Source: Callorhinchus milii
Lineage: Eukaryota
NCBI RefSeq assembly: GCF_018977255.1
Contig: NW_024704743.1
Location: 2,978,001 to 3,042,000 of the forward strand
Reading direction: 5' to 3'
DNA length: 64,000 nucleotides
Under the pieces are notes generated by a model. It made no database searches and was not told where the DNA came from. It was given only the letters and a program-made list of their open reading frames with translations. This document shows, piece by piece, positions 22,649 to 35,512 of the stretch. The position numbers and the translations under genes were made by a program. Every line of letters begins with the position of its first letter. Within the stretch, counting starts at the first letter, position 1.

Positions 22649-22702
22649 CCTCGGCCCCTGAAACCCAGGTGCGCCATCCGTCCCATCCCGACCTGGAGGT
22701 CC
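22649..22702 (-). CDS. COL22A1: COL22A1 Gly-X-Y exon (GPPGRDGTDGAPGFQGPR)
   Basis: 54 nt, tag/gtaagt. Confidence 0.93.
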
Positions 22703-22938
22703 CTACAATAACAACAATAAATCTCATCTCAACCAAAGACCCATAGAGTTTACAACTTGTGTCTGTGCTGGTGATCGTTGCTCCAATCGAGCTCTCTACT
22801 TTAATCTCATTCCCTGCTCTCTCTCCGCATCGTGTCTGTGCTGGTGCTCACTCCCCCACTGGAGCTTTCTACTCTCATCCTATTCCGCAGGTGCTGTGTT
22901 ATAACGGTGTAACGCAGGGCTGTGTTCTTATTACTCAC

Positions 22939-22983
22939 CATGGAGCCGGGCGGCCCATGAGGACCTATGGGGCCCGGGGGTCC
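22939..22983 (-). CDS. COL22A1: COL22A1 Gly-X-Y exon (GPPGPIGPHGPPGSM)
   Basis: 45 nt, cag/gtgagt. Confidence 0.92.
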
Positions 22984-23382
22984 CTGTGTAATAACAGAAA
23001 GTCTCAGTTACGGTCAAGTGAAGAAACACACAATCATAATAACCCTTAAATTTGATACAGCGCCTTTCACACCAGAAGGGTTTACCGCCAGCTAGGACTA
23101 CCGTGCTCACGAGGGCTTTGGCATGCAGGGTTAACAGGAGCTGAGTGGGATGACTCCCTGCCCCCAGTGACTGGTCTGTACCTCCAAATTCTGCCGTTGA
23201 GCCAGGCCGGCTGTGCGGTCGTTAACATGACCCGCCTGGCTCAGGAATCAGACCCGATCGAGCCTGTCACAGAGAGTGGGAGCCTGAGCCAGGCTGAGCC
23301 AGGCTGACACACACTGAGCCAGGCTGACACATCCTGAGCCAGGCTGACACGCACCAATACTACTGTGCCCAACACTACTCAC

Positions 23383-23412
23383 AGCTTCTCCTTTCAGCTC
23401 AATAGTCGGTAC
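23383..23412 (-). CDS. COL22A1: COL22A1 interruption exon (VPTIELKGEA)
   Basis: 30 nt, cag/gtgagt; corresponds to the VxxxxLKGE interruption of collagen XXII. Confidence 0.82.
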
Positions 23413-24488
23413 CTGAAAGAGATGATGATATGTATCAATTAGCACCAAACAAGACATCAATCAGGAGAACAAGGCAGAGTCAGATGTTCCCTGAGGTGTT
23501 ACCAGGGATGAGGGCTTCATTTGTTGAGTGTCAGCCTGGCTCAATGGTAGCGCTCTGAGACACCGTCCGGCTTGGAGGGCGCTAAATAAATCCAAGTTGT
23601 TGCTGTTGTAGCATCTCTTGCCTCAGTTACCTCAACAACCTCTGTCAGGTCATCCCTTAACCTTCTCAGCTCAGCTCTAAATAAACACTAAATAATAAAA
23701 ATAATAATCTCTGCATTTGTTGGAGCGCCGCATCACGTCGTCGACACATCTCAAAGGATATAGTGAAAAGTGTAGTGACTGTGTATTTTGTCGGTGATAC
23801 GCGTCAGCCTATTTGCGCACAGCAATGTCTCATCGGAAGGACGCCACCACCAACAATGCAACAGCTCCCCCAGCGTTGCATTGAAGCATCAGCCTGGATT
23901 TTATGGGTTCCAAATCCTGACGTGGGGCTTGAACCCAAAATCTTCTGACCCAGAGGCGAGAGTGCTACCACTGAGCCGGGCTGGCACCCTGGGTTTGATC
24001 CTAGGCCTCAGCCGTGGGTGCTCGGCAAAACAACAATAACAAATTGCATTTCATGTCGGGAGGACGTACCGAGGTGCTGGACAGTCAAGGGTTTGCACCC
24101 AAGCTGGAGCCAAGTGGGGTGGTGGGTAAGTGGTGGGGGTGGGTGGTGGCAAGATGACCGAAGTCACAGTCAAAGAGGAAGGTCTTGAAACATGCCTCGA
24201 AGGAGGCGAGGGAGGGGTCGAGATGGAGGGATTCCAGAGGTTGGGGACAGAAAGGCAAAAGATCCCACCCCCGATCTTGGACCGAGCAGTGCAGGGGACA
24301 TATTGCTGGCTAGAGACCGCTAGTGATAGGGTTTGGGGAGATTACATAGGTAGGGAGGAGGAAGACCACGGAGGGCTTTAAAAGTGAGGACAAGGATTTT
24401 AAACTCGATCCTCTAGGGGATGGGGAGCCAGTGAAGCTGGGCGAGGAGGGGGCGATCGGATCGGCAAATGTAAGACGCATATCCTTAC

Positions 24489-24524
24489 CACATCTCCCAA
24501 TGTTCCTGGGGATCCAGCTTCTCC
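24489..24524 (-). CDS. COL22A1: COL22A1 Gly-X-Y exon (GEAGSPGTLGDV)
   Basis: 36 nt, cag/gtaagg. Confidence 0.85.
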
Positions 24525-24879
24525 CTGGGCAGGTTAAAAGATAAACATACACTGGGGTTAACAGCACAGGATCTCCCCGAGCTCCACACGTGTGCAGTGA
24601 ATGGGAACCGCAGAGACCTGAGCGACAGAGGAGCTATAGAGCTATAGAGGGGCTGCGCTGTAGTAAGATTATTTCCACTGGATAGCGAGTCAGCGTGAGG
24701 TTGAGGCACAGCAGATAGAGGGGTTTAAAGTTGTGAAAGGAGTCGAGACGGTGGATGTTGATGGGCTGATTTTCACTTGTTGGGGAGTCTATAACGAGAG
24801 GGTATAATTATACATGAGTCGGGAACATATCAAACAGGGAGTTTCACCACGACCATGGTGACAGTGTGCAACTCACATT

Positions 24880-25182
24880 CAATAGAGGGGTGTAGGAGAG
24901 GGGTAATAGAGGGGTATAGGAGAGGGGTAATAGAGGGGCATAGGAGAGGGGAATAGAGGGGTATAGGAGAGGGGTTGAGGAGAGGGGTAATAGAGGGGTG
25001 TAGGAGAGGGGTAATAGAGGGGTATAGGAGAGGGGAATAGAGGGGCATAGGAGAGGGGAATAGAGGGGTATAGGAGAGGGGAATAGAGGGGTATAGAAGA
25101 GGGGAATAGAGGGGTTTAGGAGAGGGGAATATAGGGGTGTAGGAGGGGGTAATAGAGGAGTGCAGGAGAGAGGAATAGAGGA
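24880..25182. repeat. About 23-bp purine-rich minisatellite (aatagaggggtataggagagggg)
   Basis: About 13 tandem units. Confidence 0.95.
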
Positions 25183-25381
25183 TCATTCGGATGGATTAGT
25201 TGAGCGAATGTCCTATTTCTGTGGGAGGGAGGGAGGGAGGGAGGGAGGGAGGGAGTTCAGAGGAGCCAGTTATTGGGGAGGGGGGTTTCAGGCTATACGG
25301 TGAGTTGGAATGTGGTGAGACAGTGTGAGAGTAGCGTCTCTCCCGCTGGACGTCAGCCTGACAAGGCAGCCCTGCACTTAC

Positions 25382-25435
25382 TTTCTCCCCTTTAATCCCG
25401 GGGACACCCTGGCTCCCGGGGCTGCCAGTCCGACC
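25382..25435 (-). CDS. COL22A1: COL22A1 Gly-X-Y exon (GRTGSPGSQGVPGIKGEK)
   Basis: 54 nt, cag/gtaagt. Confidence 0.93.
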
Positions 25436-26173
25436 CTGGGGAGAGGAAAGAAGAGGTCAGTGCACGTGGTATACCACCCCACCACCCCCCGCGTCCAGAC
25501 TGGCAGCTCAATGTCCCGATGTGAGTCAGAAGGCTGTGGGTTCGGGCCCCACGTCAAGGACTTTGAGCTCATAGTATAATTTGACGCTCGGGCACAGTGA
25601 TGGGGGAGTTGCTTGCTCCATTGTCAGAGGTGCCATCCCACTGATAATAATAATAATAATAGATAATAATATATTATATGTCCTATTTCTGCGTGAGGAA
25701 GGAGGGAGTTCAGAGGAGCCAGTTACGAGATCGTAAACGAAGAGAAGGGAGTTTCTCTCTCCTGATGGAAAAGAGAAATAATCCTCCAAATGAAACTGGT
25801 CGCTCACTCCTTGGCCGTTTGCAGAACATTGCTGTGCGCAAATCAGCTGCTGCGTTTGTCCACAAACACACAGTCACTACACTTTACAGTAAGCTGAAAG
25901 CATGATATCAAATTTCACACAAGGCCTTATCATATCACTGCTTTACTGTAAAGTATAGTGACCGCGTATTTTTGGGTGAACATGGGAGGCAATTTGTGGA
26001 CAGCAATATCCCGCAAACAGCTATGAAGTGAGTGACCAATTTTATTTGAGGATTGTTGGCCAGGACACCGGGAGAGAGCAACTCCCTTCTCTTTTTCCAA
26101 TAGCCCCGTGGGTTCTTGAACAGGCACAGATGGACTTGAAACCCACAACCTCTGTCTGTCTCAGATGAGATTT

Positions 26174-26500
26174 GTGGAGTCCTGTAGCTCAGTGGTTAGA
26201 GCACTCGCTTTGCAAGTGAGAGACCTGAGTTCAATTCCAGGCAGAGGGCGAAACCTTGGGCAAGTTTCCTTACTCCACACACCTAATAATAATCCCTCCA
26301 AAAAAACAAAACAATAATAAATTGGTCATTTTCAATCCACGACTGTTTGTGGGACATTGCTGTGCGCAATTGGCTGCCGCGTTCGCCCACAAGTATACAG
26401 TCAATTCACTTTACAGTGTGTTCTGTGAAGCGCTTTGGGACGTCGAGAAGACGTGAAAGCGCTATATCAAATGCAAGGATTCTTATTTATTATATTATTA
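26174..26500 (+). mobile_element. Young tRNA-derived SINE, family A short variant
   Basis: A box tagctcagtgg; B box gttcaattcc; gggcaagtttccttactccac core; tail gcgctatatcaaatgcaaggatt followed by AT-rich repeats. Confidence 0.9.
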
Positions 26501-28167
26501 CTGATTGAGCCGGGCTGAGCTTATTTGCGGATGAACACAGCAGCTAAATTCCCAGGGTTATTTATCGATTACTATCTTATTAATAATAAATTATTATTAA
26601 CGATCATTACTAATAAACCTTCAACTTGATACGGCATTGCCCTTTCACATCAGGAGGACATCTCAAAGGATTGAGTGTGGAGTGCAATGATTGTGTGTTT
26701 GTGTGGTGAGGTGTCAGAAGGATTCGATAGGGTAGATACAGAGAAACTATTTCGGAGAAGTTCGGAGGCAGTTTTTCACCCAAAGGGTAGTGGAAATCTG
26801 GAACTCTCCCCCAAAAGGCTGTGGATCCTGGATCCATTCACATAGTCAAAATTGTGATGGATAGATATCTGTTCGGTCAGAGTATTAAAGGATATAGGGT
26901 AAGGACGGGTAATTGGACTTGAGGTGCAGATCAGCCACGATCTTATAGGATGACAGAACAGGTTCGAGGGGCTGAATGGCTTACTCCTGTTTCTATGTTT
27001 CTATGATTGCCGCAGTGATCTGGTCTCGAGGCTGCATGTCCCAGTATCAAGCCAGGTTTCTCCGATCTGGAATTTCAATTGTATCCCCACATCCTGCGAA
27101 ACCCGGCCCACGGAGTCCCAGAACGACTGAGGGGGATTGCGGAAGTCAGCAAGCAGAGGCAGACTGGAGGAATTCCCCAGCCAATGCCCCAGCCTCTTCC
27201 TCTCTCTCTCCTACACATGGCCTGTCACTCAGTGCTGCGTGTTCCTGAGGTTTCACGAGCCCCAAATTTCCCCTGGTCCCTGACTGTGGACCTATCTGTC
27301 TCGAAACTTTACGATCCGGTGGATCCATCTGTGCCTGAATGGTGGAAAGATAGTACGGATGGTAGCAAGCGAAGACCCATGTTTGGTTCCCAGACGGGGC
27401 AAAACCTTAGGCAAGTTTCCTTACTCCACGTGCCTCTGTTTACCGCGCAGTCAGTAGGAACCCGGTCGTTATAGTTGATCGGTGGATCGCTTTCCAGAAG
27501 TAATAATCCCTTCAAAAAAAACTGGCTGTTTATGGGACAATGCTGACACACAAAATGCTCGGTAATCTTCCCACTTCAGCCACCCCTTGTCTGTCCGCCC
27601 TCTTAAGCCTATTAGACATTGTCCGACCTGTGGGCTTTGTGTTAGCCTGGCTCAGTTGGTAACACTCTAGCCTCCCAATCTGAAGGTTGTGGGTTCAAAC
27701 CCCACTTCGGGACTTGAAGCTCACAGTCCAGTCTGACACTGCAGTGCGATGCTGGGAGGAGCGCTGCATTGTCGGATGAGACGTGAACCCGAGGTCCCGT
27801 CTGTGCCCGTTCATGTTAAGTGGTTTGCGAAATCTGCGCTCAGCATTAGATCCTTCGGTTGCAAGCGTAGCTGCAACGGGTACAGCTATTAGATTATTGT
27901 TATTAATGACGCTCCTATTTTCCAGCCTTCAAAAATCATGTTTGGATACCATAGGGAAAGACGTTACGGACAGGATATGTTCCTGAGAATAAAAATCCAC
28001 ACCTGTTCTTGCTTTTCAAGCTCCAGTTAACTTAAAATACCTCCTTCAAAATAAAATACCTAAAATTCCATCTGGCATTGGAAACTAACCTTTGGCACTT
28101 GACCCACGAGTCTCTCCCTGCTCTCCCCCTTCCCCCCACCGCCCCCCCCTCAACTCGAGGCACCAAT

Positions 28168-28592
28168 TTGGCCCGGCTCAGTGGTAGCACTCTCACCGAG
28201 GAGTCAGGGTTCAAGCCCCCACATTGGGACTTGGAATCGCATCGTCTAAGCTGTCATCACAGTGCGGTACTGGAGGTACGTTGCATTGTTGGTGGTGAGA
28301 CCTGAAACTGAGGTCCCGTCTGTCTGTTCAGGTTAGAGATCCTGTGGCGCTATTCAAAAAGAGAAGGGAGTTTCTCTCTCCCGGTGTCCAGGCCAACAAT
28401 CCCCCAAATAAAATTGTTTACTCACTTCATGGCTGTTTGCGGGACACTGTTGTGCGCAAACTGCCGGCCGCGATTCACCCACAACATACATAGTCCCTGC
28501 ACTTTACAGTGTATCCAGTGAAACGCTTTGAGACGTCTCGACGATGCGATGAGGAGCTATACCAAATGCAAGGATTAATATTATTATTATAA
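28168..28592 (+). mobile_element. Family B SINE, DeuSINE/SacSINE1-like (representative; others near 6090-6555, 11530-11940, 30465-30870, 36030-36450, 37065-37480, 39425-39865, 60780-61172, 62540-62910)
   Basis: Head cggctcagtggtagcactctc...gggttcaagcccc; central gagac..aaac.gaggtcccgtctg...gatcc..tggc.ctatt...ccggtgtcc.ggccaa resembles the Deu domain (from memory); shares the family A tail. Confidence 0.75.
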
Positions 28593-30134
28593 TTCAGACC
28601 ACAAGGAGCTGGAGCCCCACCCCGCCCTCCTTCCACCATTACCGGGTCCTGCGCTCAGAAACAGCAGCACGGAACACCTCCGACAAACATCTGTCGAGTG
28701 ATTTACTACTACACATGAGGCGCTGCACAGATGTGCACATGGAAGAGTGGGCGGGGGAGGGTTGGAACAAGGAGGAACATTATAGGGTTAGAGATAGCAC
28801 AGCGGAGATTTCTCAGAGGTCACCGGGGAGACAGCTGTCAGCAAAGAAGGAATTCTTACTCCCGGAAAAGCAATCCGTCAATCGACTAACAATCAGGTTC
28901 CGAGTTACTGCTAAGTAAACGGAGGCGTGTGGAGTAAGAAAACTTGCCCAACCGTTCGGCCCTACCGGGAATCGAAGCCAGATCCTCTCGCTTGCGAGGT
29001 GAGCGCTCCATCCACAAAGCTTACACGACTCCACAAGACAGGAATGATATTGTAAAACATATTTTAATGTAATTTCCTCAGTAAAGCTCAGACGAGTCTC
29101 CCTGTGGCCAGTGTGTGATTGAGATACTTTTGAAATCATTCTGGGTTTGAGGCTGTTGTTCTAATTAAGAGGCTCAAAACTGAGACTGAAAACTGTCCAC
29201 AGTTCCCCATGATTCCTATCCGATTCCATTTAACCCCTCGCATTTGCCACAGGGTCGAGAACATCAAAATGTCTCAGAGGGCTTCACGGTGATTGATGTG
29301 AAAGCGTAGTGACTGTGTATTTTGTAGGCAAACGCGGCAGGCAATTTTCACGCAGCAACATCCCATCAACAACCATGGAGAGAGTGACCAATTTGTCGGC
29401 CAGGACACCGGGAAAGAGAAACTCCCTTCTCTTCTCTTCTCTTTTCCAATGGTGCCACAGGATTTTTAACGTACCCCTGAGCAGGCACAGACAGAACCTG
29501 GATTTAATGTCTCATCTGACTCCACTGCATTGGAATGGCAGTTTTTAGTCTATGTGATACCAACAACAACAACTTATACAGCGCCTCTCGCGCAGGGTAC
29601 AGTCTCAGAGCGCTTGACAGTGGCAGAGCACGACGCCAAGCCGTGACCGAAGGTGACCGTAGGCACCGTGGAAGAGGATGTTCTTCAGACGCGACCTGAA
29701 GACAGGGATGGAAGGAGCAAGAGGGAGAGTTCCAGAGTTTCGGAGCATAGTGCCTGAAAGTTCGGCCACTGCTAGTGGAACGGAGGGTATGAAGGACGTG
29801 CAGAAGGCCAGAGCCAGTCGGGCGCAGGCATTGGGTAGCGGGGTGGAGGGTAAGCAGTTCGGATAAGATAGGGAAGTGCCCAGGGCACGAAGGGATTTGA
29901 AGACAAGTGTGAGGATTTGGAAATCGATCCTTCTACGGAGCCAGCGGAGCCTGGCTAGAACTGGTGTGATGGGCGCCGGGCTGGGGAGCACTCTTTCTGT
30001 CGTATCACTGCTTTAATCCCGCTGCTCCCTCTCCAGCACCTTGTTGCGATTAGGAAACCATCAGTACCACAATTCTGACCCTGTTGATTTTGTGCAAGAA
30101 TACTGAATTCCAGAGGAACGGAATCCTCACTCAC

Positions 30135-30188
30135 CTCCGTTCCGGGAAGGCCGGGTTTTCCAAGATATCCGTCCAATCCATTTTCACC
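30135..30188 (-). CDS. COL22A1: COL22A1 Gly-X-Y exon (GENGLDGYLGKPGLPGTE)
   Basis: 54 nt, cag/gtgagt, (TC)n pyrimidine tract. Confidence 0.93.
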
Positions 30189-31673
30189 CTGAGAGAGAGA
30201 GAGAGAGAGAGAGGATGAGAAGACCACTCATGACTGTCCACAATACATGCCCTCCAGGCTGCATTGGTCAGGGTTAGGGTACCACATTTGCTACATAAAA
30301 CATAGTCACTACCTTTGCAGTAAATCCCTGTCTGAGAGGTTACGGGCAATGCAACAATTGTTATGATTATCCCAACCAACTAAGATATCACTTTTGCATA
30401 AATATAATTGTGTGTGTGTATGGGTGCGTGCCTGCCCTCATGAATCACTGAAGTCAATAAGACAGAAATAATAATCCTTACATTTGACGCGGCATCTTAT
30501 CGTGTCATTGAGATGTCTCAAAGCGCTCCACAGTATTTACTGTAAAGCAGGGTAGCTGTGTGTTTTGCGAGTGAACGCGGCAGCCAATTTGGGCACAGAG
30601 ACGTCCCACAAACAGCCATGAAGCGAGTGGTCAATTTTATTTGGGGAATTGTCGGCCAGGACGCTAATAGCGCCACGGGATCTTTCACGTCCACCTGAAC
30701 ATGCACCTGAACGAGGGATTTAAGGTCTCATCCAAAGGACCTCTGACGATGTGGCGCTCCCACAGCACTGCACTGCTGTGAGTATCAGCCTTGGACTGTG
30801 AGCTCAAAGTCCCATTGTGGAGCTCGAACCCACAACTGTGGTATTTGGAGGCGAGAGTGCTGCTGACTCGGATGACACACAGTGAAAGCATTCAGTCACC
30901 CACACAGACATCCTGAGAGAAAAAGGCTCCTTACACACAACAGCCGAGGAAACTATTCTGAGGTTAAAGTGAGGCGGAGAGGCCAGATGGGCAACGACTG
31001 AGAATGTTGCCTTACTGTTTGGAAAAACAGGACTCAATCTCTTTATGATTTTGTTTTTGAATTCAGTGGAGTCCTGCGGTGTCGTGGTTAGAGCACTTGC
31101 CTCCCAAGCGAGAGGACCTGTGTTCGATTCTCCTACTCCACGTGCCTCTGTTTACCGAGCAGTAAGCAGGAACCCACTTGTTAGTCGACTGGCAAATCAC
31201 TTTCCGGGGTACTGTTTGTGGGACACGGCTGTGCACAAATGGCTGCCGTGTTTTGCCCGTAAAATATAGTCAATTCATTTCACAGTATATTCTATGAAGC
31301 ACTTTGCGAGGTCTCAACGGTGTGATAAAGCGCTATATCAAATGCAAGGATTATTATGATTAACCCTCTGGCAAAAAAAGGGGGTGCATTCTCCCCAAAA
31401 AGGAACACACACACACACACTCTCCAGAAGAGAGGGTGCTCTCCCCAAAAGAGTCCCTCCTTCTAGTGAATCTGTGTCTACAACTTTCATAGCGGACAAA
31501 TGGAAACCAAACATATTGAATGGAACACATTAATCATAATAATTATTATAATATTCTCCACATTTGATAGAGTGCCTTTCCTGTCAGAAGTACATCTCAA
31601 AACACTTCACAGGGTCTTACTGTAATAAGTGTGCGTTTTGTGGGTGAACACAGCAATTGACACAGAGCAGTAT

Positions 31674-31985
31674 CTGACACACACTGAGCCGGGCTGACAC
31701 ACGCTGAGACGGGCTGACACTCCCTGAGCCGGGCTGACACACTCTGAGCCGGGCTGACACACGCTGAGCCGGGCTGACACACGCTGAGCCGGGCTGACAC
31801 TCCCTGAGCCGGGCTGACCCACACTGAGCCGGGCTGACCCATACTGAGCCGGGCTGACCCACACTGAGCCGGGCTGACCCATACTGAGCCGGGCTGACAC
31901 ACGCTGAGCCGGGCTGACCCACACTGAGCCGGGCTGACACACGCTGACCCGGGCTGACACACGCTGAGCCGGGCTGACACACGCT
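31674..31985. repeat. 20-bp minisatellite (ctgagccgggctgacacacg)
   Basis: About 15 units, reverse orientation of the same family. Confidence 0.97.
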
Positions 31986-32011
31986 ATTAAACAATTTATG
32001 AAACCTCTTAC

Positions 32012-32056
32012 CTTCTTGCCACTTGAGCCCTTCAGACCTCGCTCGCCCTGCATGCC
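32012..32056 (-). CDS. COL22A1: COL22A1 Gly-X-Y exon (GMQGERGLKGSSGKK)
   Basis: 45 nt, cag/gtaaga. Confidence 0.93.
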
Positions 32057-32109
32057 CTGAAACCACAAGGACACCAAGTCACACTCTGCCCCGAAGAGCA
32101 GCCAGCACT

Positions 32110-32553
32110 CACATAGAATCATAGCTCAGTCCCACTTCTCCGCTCTTTCCCCCATATCTTTGCAAACTTTTCCTTTTCAAGAACCTATCCAATTGCCTTG
32201 TGAAAGTTGTTATTGAATCCGTTTCCACCACACTTTCAGGCAGTGCATTCCAGACCGTAACAACTCTGTGTAAAAAAAAAATTCTCCTCGTCTCCCCTCT
32301 GGTTCTTTTGCCAATTATCTTAAATCTATGTGCTCTGGCTACTGACTCACCCGCCAGTGGAAACAGTTTCTCCCTATCTACTCTATCAAAACCCCTCATA
32401 ATTTTGAACACCTCTATTAAATCTACCCTTAACGTTCTCTGCCCTGAGGAGAACAATCCCAGCTTATCTAGTCTCGCCACATAACTAAGTCCCTCCTCTC
32501 TGGAACCATTCTGGTAAATCTCCTCTGCACCTTTACCAAGTCCTTGATATCCT
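32110..32553 (-). mobile_element. CR1-clade LINE 3' fragment
   Basis: LSY..RL.KLGLFS...DLIEVFKIMRGFDRVDREKLF...RVV.VWNALP is the CR1 ORF2 C-terminus; tail ctatgattctatg. Confidence 0.9.
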
Positions 32554-33329
32554 TTACATTTACAACACAATTTACATTTACACAGCGCCTTTCACCTCAG
32601 AAGGACGTCCCAACGATTAGACAAGCTTAGGCTTTCAGTCCTGAGAGAAGACGACTCAGATAGGACTTCTTAGAGATGTTTATCATTATAAATGGGATTG
32701 AAAAAGTAATACTTTCGGATGTACCGAGACAGAAGAACAAGAGGACACAGGTTTAGAGGTGTAAAGGGGCAATTTAGAACAGACACTAGGAAGTGTTTCT
32801 TTACCCAGAGAGTAATTAACGACTGGAACAGGAATGCCAGGAAGGTTGGTTCAGGACACTGGGACTTGTTTAAAAAACAGCTGGATGCTGTGCTGGAGGG
32901 GGTTTGGGGGTTCTGGAGGAATGAGATCAGATAGGCCGAAGGGTCTTCTTCATTCGATACAGATCTTGTGATGTTGTGATCATCTCGAGTGCAGCTATTT
33001 CTCAGATTTTTTTTTCACGATCGGCCTCTCGTGGTTTATTGAAGGAAAAAGAGTCCAGCCTCTGATTGCTAAAACTGGCCAAGGATTGAGCTTTTCACCT
33101 CTGAGGACCTTGGTTTGATTTCTGCCCTCAACAAATCGAATGGAATTGAGAAACCAACCCAGAACCGTTCGAGCAAGGGTGCAAGGACAAGAGGGTTAGG
33201 GACATGAAGTGCAATTCCACAGAACGTTCTGGGCAATAGGACACAGGACAGGGGTGGAGGAAGGGTCAGGAAAGAGGGAAAGAGATGGAATAGGGGCACC
33301 AGTCAGGGGCGAGGAATGGGGAATAGGGG

Positions 33330-33740
33330 TCGGCCATTTAGCCCTCAAGCGTGTTCTATTAGATCATGGCTGATCTGCACCTCCATTTATTCACCTTTGC
33401 CCCATGTCCCTTATACCCTGACCTAACAAACATCTATCCACCTCAGTCTTGACAACGTGACTGGATTCAGCATCCACTGCCTTTTGATTTCCAGATTTCC
33501 ACTACCCTTTGTGTGAAAAAGTGCTTCCTGATCTCACTCCTAAATGGCCTAGGTCGATTTTAAGACGATGCCCCCTTGGTCTGGTTTCCCAGTTTCTCTG
33601 TATCTGCCCTATCGAATCCCTTTATCATCTTAAACACCTCAATTAGATCACCGTTCAATGTTTTAAACTCAAGGGAAGACAAGACAAGTTTTCGCAACCT
33701 GTCCTCATAATTTAATCCTTTTAGCCTTGGTATCATTCGT
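33330..33740 (-). mobile_element. CR1-clade LINE 3' fragment (others at 22040-22260, 26720-27005, 32615-32985, 44540-44720, 46870-47110)
   Basis: RMIPRLKGLNYEDRLRKL...GDLIEVFKMIKGFDR. Confidence 0.85.
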
Positions 33741-33896
33741 GACATGGGTAGGTAATGGTGAGAGGAGGGGTAGGGGCTGGGAGGAGTGGGGTCTCTCTGG
33801 CAGGTGGAAGGGGTGCAAGAGATCTGAGGAACTGAAGGACTTCATCTTCATCTGAAGCTCTGCTGTGAGCGTGTGAGATACAAAGCACATACTCAC

Positions 33897-33950
33897 CGGG
33901 GGCCCAACGAAGCCTTCCATCCCTCGCTCCCCAGGCTGGCCACGATCTCC
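33897..33950 (-). CDS. COL22A1: COL22A1 Gly-X-Y exon (GDRGQPGERGMEGFVGPP)
   Basis: 54 nt, cag/gtgagt. Confidence 0.93.
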
Positions 33951-33983
33951 CTGTCAATAAAAGATCAATATTTACAAATCATT

Positions 33984-34342
33984 GTGGAATCCTGTAGCTC
34001 AGTGGTTAGAGCACTCGCCTCACAAGTGAGAGGACCCGGGTTCGATTCCCGGCAGGGTGACACGTTGGGCAAGTTTCCTGACTCCACATGCCTCTGTTTA
34101 CCTAGCAGTAAGTGGAAAAACGGTTGTTAGTCGCTTGGCAGATCGCTTTTCCGGGGGTAATAATCTCTTCAAAAGAAATAAATAATAAATAGTGATTTAG
34201 TCAGCGCTGTGCGCAATTGGCTGCCGCATTTCACCCACGAATTATACGGTCAATTCACCTTACAGTGTATTCAGTGAAGTGCTTTGAAACGTCTCGAAGA
34301 CGTGTAAGGCACTACATCAAAGGCAAGGATAATTATTATTAT
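33984..34342 (+). mobile_element. Full-length family A SINE (representative; others near 1975-2335, 3505-3845, 8070-8415, 40890-41220, 48715-49065, 50372-50724, 63340-63612)
   Basis: tRNA-like head with gttcgattcc B box, CORE-like central region, L2-type tail. Confidence 0.88.
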
Positions 34343-35142
34343 CCCAAGCGATCACAACGTAAGAAATAAGAAACCAGAGGAGATCAGAAAACATAGCGAT
34401 CTACAAATTAAACGCGGATGTATCTGGCAATGTGAAACAAACACGGTTCTTCTAATCGTGGTTACAACTGGGACTGTTAATAAGCCTATTCGGGAATGGC
34501 TTAACAAAATACCTGGTGCACAAAATATCAACCGCATATTTTCCCAACAGCGGCATCTTTAACGTCCAACTGAACCGGCACAGACAGAGCCTCGGTGTAA
34601 CGTCTCATCTGAAGGGCGCCGCCGCTGACAGTGCAGCACTCCACCAGCACTGCACTGGAGCATCAGCCTGGACTGTGAGCTCCCCAAAGCGGAGCTTAAG
34701 TCAACAGCTTTGGTGACTCAGAGGCCGGAGTGTTACCGACTGAGCCAGGCTGAGAGCCAGCAAGTGGGACTCAGCAAGGAAACACAAAGCAGATAATGCC
34801 AAGGCTGATCGGATGAATGATTTACATTTATACAGCGCGCCTTCGCACAGGATTGCGTCTCAGAGCGTCTCACAGTGTAACCACCGCGCAAGGCAGGAGA
34901 GGTGAGGGGGAGTTGACCATAGGCACGGTCAAAGAGGAAACCACAACAAACTGAAGGCCCGACAGCTGAATATATTGTAAAGTGGATCGACTGCGTATGT
35001 TGTGAGTGAAAAGTGGCGCACGGCAGTGTCCCACAAACAGCTGTGGATTGAGTGACCACATTGTTTTTTTGAGGCATTATCACCCCTGGAAAATGCGGAA
35101 GCCAATTGACTAACAATCAGGTTCCTACTCACTGCTAGGTAA

Positions 35143-35168
35143 TAATAATAATAATAATAACAATAATA

Positions 35169-35199
<31 letters not shown>

Positions 35200-35512
35200 T
35201 CCTTGCACTTGATAGAGCGCTTTTCACGTCGGGAGGACATCCCAAAGCGCTTCACAGAACACACTGTAGAGTGAATTGACTGTATATTTGTGGGCGAATG
35301 CGGCAGCCAATTGCGCACAGCAATATCCCACAAACAGTCGTAGATTGAAAATGACCAATTTATTATTGTTTTGGGTTTTGGAGGGATTATTATTAGGCTC
35401 TGTGTGGAGTAAGGAAACTTGCCCGAGGTTTCGCCCTCTGCCGGGAATTGAACTCAGGTCTCTCACTTGCAAAGCGAGTGCTCTAACCACTGAGCTACAG
35501 CACTCCACAAAC
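35143..35512 (-). mobile_element. Young family A SINE nested inside an older family A SINE
   Basis: Long (aat)n tail; aggtaa direct repeats at 35137-35142 and 35513-35518; host element resumes on both sides. Confidence 0.88.

Noticed and set aside
27085..27135. Possible extra Gly-containing exon
   Set aside because: No sustained Gly-X-Y register or good splice pair, and the triplet count is already complete without it
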